Shown here piece by piece: positions 1-17,436 of a stretch of 64,000 bases of DNA. A program made the translations under genes and the position numbers. The stretch covers positions 248,001 through 312,000 of the forward strand of contig JASANG010000621.1 of NCBI GenBank assembly GCA_030248215.1. Direction: 5' to 3'. Origin of the DNA: Enoplolaimus lenunculus. Taxonomy: Eukaryota. The notes below the pieces were generated by a model, which was given only the letters and a program-made list of their open reading frames with translations, ran no database searches and was not told the origin of the DNA. How positions within the stretch are numbered: the first letter of the stretch is position 1; the number at the start of each line of letters is the position of its first letter.

Positions 1-341
1 TTTTCACCTTCCGGTTCCGGTAAATTTTTACCGGATTTAAAAATTCCGGTGTTATAATTTGGCCGTTTTCTTAACTTTGCTAATTTTTAAGAATCTCTTT
101 TGAAAGCCACTTGTACTCAGAATATAAGCCGTTGATGGTGGATTTCACTTCAGTCGACGACGAAAATCTAAAATACAACAAATAAAATAAATACCTATGT
201 TCGACTAAGGTTGTTTCACAAATAATAGAGCAAAAAATACTATTAAAATGAAATTTTTGGTGAAATGCATTTTTCATTTTCCGGTTCCGGTAAAATTTTC
301 AAATTCCGGTTCCGGTAAATTGTAATTCCGGTTGCACCCTG
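1..341. mobile_element. Right part of a CAGGGTGCAACCGG-family MITE (hAT-like)
   Basis: Ends AATTCCGGTTGCACCCTG with many TTCCGG subterminal repeats; same family as 1000-1435, 34147-34557 and 56537-57820. Confidence 0.8.
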
Positions 342-720
342 CATATAGCATGTATTACCAGTTAGGGGTACGTTTTCAAGCTGATGAACTCCTGCAGTTT
401 AACATCTCATACTTAGCATAAAAGTCGGACAAATCCAATACGTATTGCATAAATCCGAATGTCGAACCTCGTTACTCACTGGTTCTAAAGATACAGGACC
501 TTGCTGATAAGTTGGCGAATTAAAAAAATTGATGCTTGATTGTGTAAAACCTTAAAAAATTTGCGCGTACGAATTGTTTCGCAAAATACGTATTAGCATA
601 GTATTAAAAAGGATTTCAAACAAATACGGTAATTTTTGTACAAAAAAGCACAATTTCGTTTACTTTATGCCTAATTTTATTCAACTTTCTGAATTCTTTT
701 TCGACAATTTATTTTTTCAG

Positions 721-7607
<6,887 letters not shown>

Positions 7608-8150
7608 TTAATTTGACTGTAACGTATTTTGTGTGGTGCAAATTTAGTTGTGCTGGCATTGCTCATCTGAAGCTATTTCAAAGTCACCAAGATCGTGTTT
7701 TTAGGGGATTTTAGAGCTTTGTAACGCCGCGCGCCTAAAGGTAAGCGGATTTCCCTTTGTGCGCCTATTGATTGAAGCAGGCGTTTTAAACCGAGCTAGA
7801 ATTTTTAGGTTAGTCTAATTAATGGTTTTCGAAAGAAATTTCACTTGACATACAGTCACAGATAGAATTAAGTGTGATCGCGTTTCAAACGGCGACTTTG
7901 ATTGTGATTGCTCGAAACCGCGACTGTTGTTGCGATTGACCAGTATTAAATTTCCAGTCGTGTATAATCGTGGTTTGAAGTCTGACTGTGGATGGAATAG
8001 TTCCAGGATTTGATGCCGTACAACTTTAGTTGGTGTGTTCCATTGTAGTATTGTATTTATATTAGCTATTATTTTGGTGGCCCTTGTTTTGTCAATACTA
8101 GTAAAAAGTGGCTTGGGAAAGTTTAATCAGTTTTGACAGATGTTTGTAAA

Positions 8151-8156
8151 AATAAA
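8151..8156 (+). promoter_or_regulatory. Candidate polyadenylation signal of SDHB
   Basis: AATAAA ~545 nt after the SDHB stop, followed by a T/GT-rich tract. Confidence 0.5.
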
Positions 8157-8276
8157 AGTAATGTTTTGTACTAAAATCTATACGCATTTCACGGGAAAAA
8201 TTTATCGTGTTAATTGTATATGTGATCAGTGGATTAACTTTTATGGGTTTAAAACATGTAGTTGACTGTGATGTGT

Positions 8277-8560
8277 AGGGTGCAACCGGAATTCTACCAA
8301 TACAATTGAAGCATGCAAATATTCACCGAACTTTGTGAAATTTTAAAGAGAATAGCGTATGCACCGAAATTTTTAAGATTTTGAATGAATTTCGTCATTT
8401 TTATTTCATATCGAACAATTACAGAATGTTTGTAATGATAAATTGCGTGATATGATATTTACAAATATTGAGCAAAAACATAACAGAATTTTTGGTATTT
8501 CTCTAACGTAAACGGAGACCGTTTTACTGGAAACTCCAACGGATATCCGGCTACGCCCTG
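8277..8560. mobile_element. Degenerate (T/C)AGGGTGCAACCGG-related MITE
   Basis: TAGGGTGCAACCGGAATTC ... GGATATCCGGCTACGCCCTG inverted ends. Confidence 0.6.
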
Positions 8561-9359
8561 TAAATACTAATTTTCTGAATTTTAGTATGTTCTAAAAATG
8601 TGTTTATAGTATATGTTGTGTTATTGATTTGTCAAGCGCCATAGGCAATTCGAATGGTTGAGATTTTAGGGCCAATGTTACCCTAACGGTAGTCGCATTT
8701 TCCAAGGACAGCAATGTACCAGGAGTACACACAACAAATAGAAATGGGACAGTTGGACAGCGGCACCGTTGGCCAGTGGGCAGTTGGAACAGAGGGACAG
8801 CTGGGCCCACCCGGAAATGCTCCTCCACATAGAAAAAATTTTCTTTAATTATGGGAGCCAGTGGTGCTGCAGCCCCCTCTTTCCGAGAAACTGAAACGCT
8901 GCCACTACTACACCACATTCTCAGTACCAAATGTATATTTTTATATATTATATATTTAGCTGTACATATGTTTGCACTCCTGGTATATTGCTATCCCGGG
9001 AAAATGGGACGGCCTTTATCGTATTACATGAGCCGATTTTAGTATGAGTTGCGCTTCAGTTAAAATGCGAGTCTATACCTGATATCCGCTCGTTGTTGAT
9101 AGCAATGTATTCAATCTTCACTGCGGCAGTACATTTAATCATCAAAACTGCTGCAGTTACACATTAAACTACGTTTAGTATTCAAAACTGCAAACTCTTG
9201 AGACAATTATTAAAACAACAGAATTAAGACTAACATTTCACAAGGCCAAATTTTAAATTAACAATAAAATTTAAATTGAGGAGTGCGCAAGATACAAGAA
9301 TTGCAATAACAAACAAATACGACAGAATTGATACGAGCAGAATAATGGCAACTTATTAT

Positions 9360-11110
9360 CCTTTGTATGCAAATTCGTAGCGATTACAATTTTTGTGATG
9401 GAGATATATAGCACAACATCGGGACGATGTTTCGTAACCTATATTGCTTCGAAGGATATTGAAGCCAATCTCATTCTTAAACTGGAACTCCTGATGACCA
9501 AATATGCTGTTGTGGCTAATACTTCAACCTTTATGGCCAACTCAAAAATATCAGCCATTTTTTAACTTTATAGACACCCGTGTTCTCTCCTGAGTATCTT
9601 GTCAATTTATCACTATAGATGGGCACCGGATATCCGTTATGTATCCGAAATGAAACGTGTTTTTGTCTAAAAAAATTTTTGGAATAATTTGCATGGTTTC
9701 ACCACCAAAGCAGCTATAGCTGCCTAACAAAATTCTGTATCCAAACCTCAGTCACAATATTAAACCACATTCTTGCATAATTGTTCCATGATGATTCAAA
9801 ATCTATATTTCTTAACTAAAACATACCAATATTCAAAAAACTTCAGATTAGCGTAATATTTATAGGTAAAATAACTTCGTATGGTGTGTCCTTTGTTGAA
9901 TTTCGGAGATTGTTACTTTTAGGGGCGTAACAGGAGATTAAACGTATCGCTGAGCCTAACCAAAAATTGTAATAATAGAAACCTCTACGGACATGGGCCT
10001 GAGTTTCTGTAGAATTCGATATACGGCTGGGTTTCACAAAGGTCTAGCTTTATCCGTAATTCAATGCAACGCTAATTTACCTCTGGGACGTTTCAGCGGT
10101 ATTATTTAACACAAAGCTTTTCTGAGTTAACACTTCGTGTATCAGAGAATGATGATAGCAAGTCTACTGAGAACATATGATATAGACTACAGATGAACAC
10201 CGGATATCCGGTCCGGATCTGAAAAATGTCTAAGGACCTCTACCTTACAATTTGTTTACACTCTGCACATAAATTTTTTGCGACAAAATGATATGGTCAT
10301 TCATTACCTTACAATTTGTCCTCTCATCATAATACTTTCGTTATAAAATAGGGTCCTACCTTATAATTATCCCGCTAAGAAAATTTTTTGGAGAAACATT
10401 GCGTTTCAAAATATTTACCATCCCGCCCATTTCGAAATTTCTGGATCCGCTGCTGAAAACGCGACACCAGTATAAAACATGGGCTGACGTTTGTACGACT
10501 TAGCGTAAGTGTATTTCAATCTGGTTCTTTGTTCTTGGAACTTAAAACGATTCAAGTATATATAGTTCGAGGAAAGGGTTATATTCGATGGAATCTCTAT
10601 TGCAGTGGTTTAAATAAAGGCAAAGGACAAGCCAAATCAACTCAGTTTTAAGTTGTCAACCCAAGTATTTATTTAGTAGTCTGTAGCAATCTTCTAAACT
10701 GAATACCCAGAACTATTGAGGTACTGTAGTGAGTGACCCGAATAAGAGGGGAAAACCCAACCAAACCCCCGCTTGAGGGTCCGGGTACTTCCTTTAGAGC
10801 AACAAGTTAAAACAAGTGCTTAAGAAACGAAAATTGAGGTTCGGAAACTCAAAAAACACAAAATCGAGTTTCAAATATCCGAAATAGAAAATTTCATTTC
10901 GGACATCCGTATATATACGGATATCCGGATAAATATCCAGCAAGAATTGCCGGATATCCGGATGTGAAAAATATCCGATGCCCATCACTATTTATCATGA
11001 ATTTCTGTCTCCATATATTTCACAAGTTGGCTCCTGATATTGCAATGATCCCATTGAGGTCCTGTAATGCAGAGGCATAACACATGAAAGAAACAATTCC
11101 CTGCTTTTTA
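9360..11110 (-). pseudogene. Degenerate OTU cysteine-protease domain belonging to the same element, interrupted by an insertion at 9614-10990
   Basis: GNCFFHVLCLCITGPQWDHCNIRSQLVKYM (11104-11010) continues in frame after removing the insertion as LTRYSGE..., then MADIFELAIKVEVLATTAYL and AIYLHHKNCNRYEF. These match the OTU GNC, W-x-x-x-E and HY boxes. Confidence 0.75.
9614..10990. mobile_element. Non-autonomous hAT-type DNA transposon, ~1.4 kb
   Basis: Left end TATAGATGGGCACCGGATAT versus reverse complement of right end TAGTGATGGGCATCGGATAT; flanking 8-mers TTTATCAC/TTTATCAT; subterminal CCGGATATCCG repeats; a second end-like copy at ~10188. Confidence 0.85.
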
Positions 11111-11149
11111 CTGGGGTTAGGTATACCGACAAGTTGCCCCAGTGGTACA

Positions 11150-12490
11150 CCTCTTTAGCTATGCCGATGTTTCTTGATAGCAGTTAAGCCGCATCGCTTA
11201 ACTGCAATCAGTTGACATGGTTCGTCGATTGGAGTGAAATGCCTTTTGCGTGTGTTGACATTATCTTGGTTTGCCACCGAATCCGAACGTGCCAAAAAAG
11301 GCTGTACAAGGCTTGCAGACACGGCTTTTGACAGAATGACTCCTGTTTTATCACTTTTCAAACATAGTCCGTGGTGCGGAACCAATTCAGTCACTTTAAA
11401 CGGACCACGCCAAACATTTTGGTCTTTAGTGAATTTTAGAGTGTCTCGTCGCGCATTAAACCACAGAACAAGGTCTCCGGCGCGGTAAATTTGAGCTTTT
11501 TTCGCCTCCGACCATGCCGTATTTTCATCTTTTCTTGAGTCTTTTTAATATTTTGCTATTGTGTTCGCGTCCAGAATTGATCGCCAAACAGCGAGTGAAT
11601 TCAGTGTCATTTCCGAATTCTCCTCAACGTACGCTGCATTGATATTTTCTGAGAGTTTAGGCTGTCTCCGATACATTAGCTCATATGGCTTTATTTTTCA
11701 TGCTCGTTGCGGACCAGTTCTGTAGCAAAATAAAGCCTCATTGACCAAACAGTCCCAATCATGTTTGTCGCAGTCCGATAGCATCTTTTTCATAGTATTA
11801 TATAATGTGCAAAGTTTGATTGAAGCGTTCAGCTAGTGTCTAGGACGGTGGGTGGTAGCTTGAAAAAACACACCGTTACATTGTTAATTGAGGCCAAGTC
11901 ATTCATTACTGAGTTTACAAATTCGCTGCCGTTGTTTGAAGAGAGGACCACAGGAAACCCTTTGTCCAGGAAAATATTGTAGAGAGAGCTCTCGCGACAG
12001 TTGATGCCTTTCTGTCTGGCAAAGGTATTGATTCTGGCCGTTTTTATACTAGAGCTACAGCTACCAAAATGTACCGATTTCCGCGTTCCGAATTGTGCGT
12101 GGTGATGAGATCCATTTCAACATGATACCAGACGGTTGTTACAGGAAGTTGCTAAAGTGGTGTGTTCGCTGGCATACCTCACAAGACTTGACGTACTTTT
12201 CAACATTTCCTTTTCAGATTAGGCCAGTAATACTGTTCCATGATAATTGCGTTTGTTCTGTCACGACCGAAATGGCCTCGTGAATCTTGGTGATCCTGCA
12301 TTTATATGATCGCGTTCATTTGGGTCCACAAACTTGTTCCATTGGTTGCCGTACCGGATATAAATTGGTCGTTTTCTAGCTTGAACTACTTGCGTTTTGA
12401 TCTAAGTTTCCGTTTGCTATTCTTTTTTCGATATAGACAAGTACATCTAGAAAATTGGCTAAACAGGCTTGTTATTCAAACATATTTGAC
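11150..12490 (-). pseudogene. Degenerate Gypsy-type DDE integrase/transposase (Ginger/GIN-like)
   Basis: Minus-strand translation across stops and frameshifts gives HQDSRGHFGRDRT...YYWPNL / KYVKSCEVCQR (H2C2), WYHVEMDLI...GNRYILVA, GFPVVLSSNNGSEF, SYHPPS*TLAERFNQTL, DWDCLVNEALFCYRT...PYELMY and GDLVLWFNARR...WRGPFKV (GPY/F). Confidence 0.9.
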
Positions 12491-14765
12491 TTTTGTCTTA
12501 ATCGTTTTTGTGAAACAACGTCTTAAATTTCGTACGGTTAAGTCTGAAACACTTCAAAGCTAGGTATATTTTTGAAAAATTTCGAAAATAAAGGTCTGGA
12601 CTTCAAGATATATGTCTGCAGTCTGTATTACGATATAAGTTTCTTAAATTTCATGCAATCTTTCTGAAATATATAGACAATTCGTTTTGTGTGTATCGTT
12701 AGCGAATGTGTGCTCCTTTTGCGATAGCAGCACGGAATGTGCAAATTTTATTAGCCTTTCTTCATGTTTTAAGCGCATTTTAGCGGCAAAATTTAAAATT
12801 TATCGATTTACATCGACAACGCAATGAAGAAACTTATAGTTCATTGTTGCGAACGGGGTGGATTAGTATATATCACACGAAGAAGGCCAGTTTTTAGGCT
12901 TACAGTTTTTGCATTTTTGGAGATTAAGCATATATGCAGTCAACGTGTCTTTTAAACTTTCCTTTTGCAACGCCATTTCCTGAACACCGTTATGGTAAGA
13001 CAATTTCATTTTACAATTGCAGGTACAAGGTGTATTTGGTCTTCCCGTTTATGGAATTTTTAAATTTCATTTGAGATGTAGGTTTTTGTAAAAAATGATT
13101 ATGTACCGACAGTAAAAGCTGAGATTTTTTCCATAAACATTCCTCGTTTGACACCTGACAGCGTTTAGTGCATTATCACGTTCGTCATTTTTTTAAAAGA
13201 TTGTCATAATTTACGCCTATATTTAGCGCTGAAATATATACATAGATATAATGTGCCAATAACTATATTAGTCTTTGAGTTATGCCATCTGGTATATATT
13301 GTAACAGAAACATAATATTTGGTTGCTATGTTTCATTTGTTATAAAACCGGCATACTTTTGTCATTAAGGCCTGAGCTTTTGGCTTATGTTGTATACCTG
13401 CTTATATTGTGCTCGTTTAATTAAGCGAAATTAACTGCATCTTGTAACTTGTGGGGGTCGCATTCTGCTAGGTCTGTGCCTTGGGTTTCCACCTAAAAGC
13501 GAGATTTAGAACCTTTTTAGTGACCAATTAATTCTTTGGCCGGGTCGATGTGACTGGTCACGCTTCCCTACACGGCTCTGAGACCAATTTTAAAGTCCTA
13601 TTTTTGGTCCCGTAAATTTATGGTAGGCTGGGCAACTGAGCCAGACGGAATTGTTCGCCACGTGAACACTGTTTGAACAAAATATCGCGACCGATGCGAG
13701 CTAAAAGCTACACACTATGCCATTAATTCTGGTACAAAACTTTAGTTTGAGGTCTTTGTGGGCGTATTTTTGTCTTGGAGTTAAAACAAAGTGTAGAAAT
13801 GCTCGTTGCCAGAAATTAGGGTTTGAGTTTTTAAGAATTCGCGAGCGAAGCGAGCGAGAAACCATACATTGTTTCAGTATTAGATCCCTGTGTAAGAGTT
13901 TCAAAACGTTTCTTAATTACTGAACTGCTTGGTCTCAATCACCAAACCGTACCATGTCAAGGACTTGTGTAACTGTGAAGCTTTGTACAGTTTTATTACC
14001 TTTAGTTTTGAACTGATTAGGTTGGGGAATTTGACTATGAAGTTTTCCTTTGAACAGCGCCGCAGGTAGAATTTTTCGAAAATTGAAAATATTCTTGTAA
14101 ATTATGACACACGAACTGATTCGGATTAGGAGAGGGGCCGCGGCCTCCCGCCCCACCCCCACTCTGTACACCATTGAAAGGGCTTAACTGAAAGAGTTCC
14201 GTTATATACGTAGGACAGCGATTCGCTGCATGCCCGCTTACTTTAATTTTTCTGCAATTTGCTGCTTGAAATCGCGATTGCTTTTCATATGTGATGTACC
14301 GGCAATTTGTTTTACTGGCAATCTATTCTAATAGCCGTTTACTTTAGCAAGTACATTGACCGGTTTTATTCAAGAAATTGACATCCCACAAATTTTCACT
14401 TTTGTTTCAAATTGAAGTTTTGTTGCCGCAAAGTTTGATGATTTTATATGCATTTATAAGTCTTGCATTTATGAATAGGTTTTAAATGCGAAGTTGGAAA
14501 TATATTGTTGTAGCCTATGAGAACAGTAATACAAAAAATGATTTCATAGAACTATTCGTATTAGATATTTTAATTGGCACTCGACGAAACAAAGCCCATT
14601 TCTTTATGGCCGCAACCTAGCGTGTGTTATGCCTGCGCGGGAGGTACTTATAGTTTTTTTCAGCAGTATAAAAACGTTATTTATATGGAAATTTATCATT
14701 TTTATGCAACTTCCATATATAATATCATGCGAACAGCACGTGGCTTTTGAGAGTTAGTATGATGC

Positions 14766-14917
14766 ACACTGAAGCTAAAAAGCTTCAGTGTCGAGTACGT
14801 TTAAGCTTAAAAGTACCAGTATGCGGGACACTGAAGGCAAAAAAGCTTCAGCGTCCAGCACACTGAAGCTAAAAAGTTTCAGTATGCCGGACACTAAAGC
14901 CAAAAAAGCTTCAGTGT
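14766..14917. repeat. Minisatellite of five ~31-bp self-complementary units
   Basis: Unit consensus ACACTGAAGCT-AAAA-AGCTTCAGTGT plus a 4-5-nt linker. Confidence 0.85.
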
Positions 14918-15364
14918 ATTGTGTACCCGACGTGTACGCTTGATATTGTGGAAGTTGCATTACTGAATTTGTACTTAAATAAAATTTGATTTATAATTTT
15001 AGCGGCCCGTAACCAGAAGGGTGCCAGGAAAAGCTCAATCCTATAGAGAATCCTGGCTCCTTAAAATATTTTAGCACCACATGTAAGTCGTGTGAAATCC
15101 TTGCAAGCGATTCCATAGAATTTTGACCACATCTAGCTTGAGCGTTAATTTTTCGACACTGAATTCTTTTAATTTTACAGTCGCACACAATTTTCTTCTA
15201 ATGTTATCATTTAAGAGTTGCTTTTGGTAGACAGTATCCACCGGATCAGAGCAAGGATACTGGAGTGTGCATGTGCTTATTTTCAATAGCAGGGCTACAA
15301 CGAATTCGTATGGACCAGGCATGCAATAAACCTTTAGTTTTCATAGATTCTCGTTTAGGTTCTT

Positions 15365-15540
15365 ATTTACTTCCCACAACAAACCCCCCTACCGCACATA
15401 CTTGACTGGATTTACAAAATAGGCTTAGTTTTATGATTAAGGTTAGAATTAGGCTTAAATGTAGGCTTTGGAAAATAATAAATTGTAATGCGTGGCGAAA
15501 CGTTTGCCATCTATTAAACACTAGTGTGGGATAAGTAAAA
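15365..15540. mobile_element. MITE-like element with degenerate TTAGGC core
   Basis: TTTACTTCCCACA ... TGTGGGATAAGTAAAA inverted ends enclosing AGGCTTAG/TTAGGCTTA repeats. Confidence 0.5.
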
Positions 15541-15622
15541 AGTAAATTTCTTTACATGTAAGGGTATAGAATTTGTTCAGGTCTTGTTCCGTACATGTTC
15601 TGTGGCCCTAAATTTATTTTAG

Positions 15623-17436
15623 GATATTTTGAATTCGTTACCCGAATACAACAGCGACTATCGCGTTGTTGTGTTTGGTGCGTCAGGCGTGGGAAAAAGT
15701 TCAATTGTGCGCCGCTTTATCGACGGCGAATTCCCAGATCAGTATGTTCCCACGGTTGAAGACACTCACAGTCAGCTAATTAATTGCAGTAAACAGCATA
15801 CTGCAGTTTGTTGTTTACTGGTTACAGGTACATTGACGACAGATCGAGCATTTTTCGGTGAAAGAAACTTTTTGTTTTTGAAATTTTAGTTTATTTTAAA
15901 CCAAGCTTAGTAAATTATATTGTTATTTTAAAATTACAGCTACACTAGTTTACATCAAGCATAAGTAATTATTAAGTTATGAGCCAGTTTTAGACTTATT
16001 CTTACGCTGACGTTTTAGGTTTAGGCGTATAAGTGGAGCGTAATGTTATGCTAGTAAAACATTTTCTAGACACTTCCGGGTCGCATGAGTTTCCGGCAAT
16101 GCAACGGTTGGCGATGGCTCGGGGCAATGCGTTCATGCTAGTGTACACCATCACGCGCCCAGATACATTTCGCCGGTTATACAGCATATTTGATGAAATT
16201 CAAAAAGTCAAAGGTATACACAAATCATTCCTCACTGAATGATATACAGTTTGCTTAAAAACACGAGAAATTTCATCCATGAAATTTCCCGAACCTTCGA
16301 CAAGAGTCTGACAGAGCCGGAGGTCGGTTTTCAGTTCGAGCTGGAAGCAGATTTCCAGTTGCACCTGGCACCATACATAAAACACTGTATAAACCTTATA
16401 TGAAACGAATTCATGCTTAAAGCTTAATCATATTTCACTGCCACGACTTTGCTGATTTTCCACCCCTTTGTCTTAATTAAACTCCTTTTAATTGGTGGTC
16501 ACCATATCCGAAAAAGCGATTAAAATATAGACCCGTATTCTCAAATGTGTGTAGGACCTAATACCAGTTGGCTATTTGGTCTTACAGTTTTCGAAGCAGT
16601 GAGTGGCGGGGTTAAATTTCACGCATTCTTCGGTTTTAATTGGTTCTAGTTTTGTGCCAAGGGGTTTATAAGTTTGAAAACCATCGCTAACTGGAAATAG
16701 GTACTGTTACTATACGCAATTGAGAATACGGGCAATTGCCTCCACAGCTGTGGTAAGTCGTTAACAATCATTTAGACAATTTCTGTAACAAGTATATCTG
16801 GTATTTGCGCCCCGCTGCATTTTTGTCTGGTTCTGCAGCTGCCTGCTATTCTTTAGCTTGAATTATTGACAAGATCCAATGTATACCTATTATGAGACTA
16901 TAGAACAAATCTTGTCAGGTCTTAACTGTTTCAACGCCTCTCATCAGATAGTTTTGAATTAAAATCTTAAGCTTAAAATATTTTCGTTTTAACGGATGTT
17001 GAAATTGCTTTGAACAGGCTCAGCGCTCGACGAAACACCAATCATCCTGGTCGGCAACAAAAAAGACGAACCAAACCGTAAAATCAAACCTGAAATCGGC
17101 CAAGCTCAAGCGAAGCAATGGGGCGCAGCATTTATCGAAACATCAGCGAAATGTAACGAAAATATTACTGAACTGTTCACAATGTTGTTAGCGTTGGAAA
17201 CCCGTCGTAGTCTGTCGCTGATCACTGAAGACCAATTAGAAAGAGTCACCGCAAGAAGAGGGAGAAGAAAAATTAAAAAGAAGCAACAAAACAGTAGCGG
17301 AAAACAAAAGAAAACAACGGAAACAACAGGAAAAAGTGCTGGCGAGTCCGGTCTGGGGGTGGAAGCGAACCATTGCACGGTGAAAAATCAAGATGAAACT
17401 AATGAGTCTGATGTTAAAAAATGTTCTGTGATGTAG
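15623..17436 (+). CDS. DIRAS: Di-Ras (DIRAS/drn-1 family)-like small GTPase, 5'-partial; exons 15623-15827, 16070-16213, 17018-17436
   Basis: Three GT-AG-joined exons (768 nt, in frame): LPEYNSDYRVVVFGASGVGKSS (G1), YVPTVEDT (G2), DTSGSHEFPAMQRL (DIRAS-type G3), ILVGNKKD (G4), FIETSAK (G5) and C-terminal CaaX CSVM*. The PExxxDYRVVVFG and GSHxFPAMQRL motifs are characteristic of the DIRAS subfamily; exact orthology is not determinable by eye. Confidence 0.9.

Noticed and set aside
14766..14917. CRISPR-like array of palindromic repeats
   Set aside because: Linkers are only 4-5 nt, there are no unique spacers or cas genes, and the context is eukaryotic.
16895..16955. Minus-strand CTGATGA...GAAAC hammerhead ribozyme core
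   Set aside because: Stem II is only 2 bp and the NUH site is out of register with stem I.
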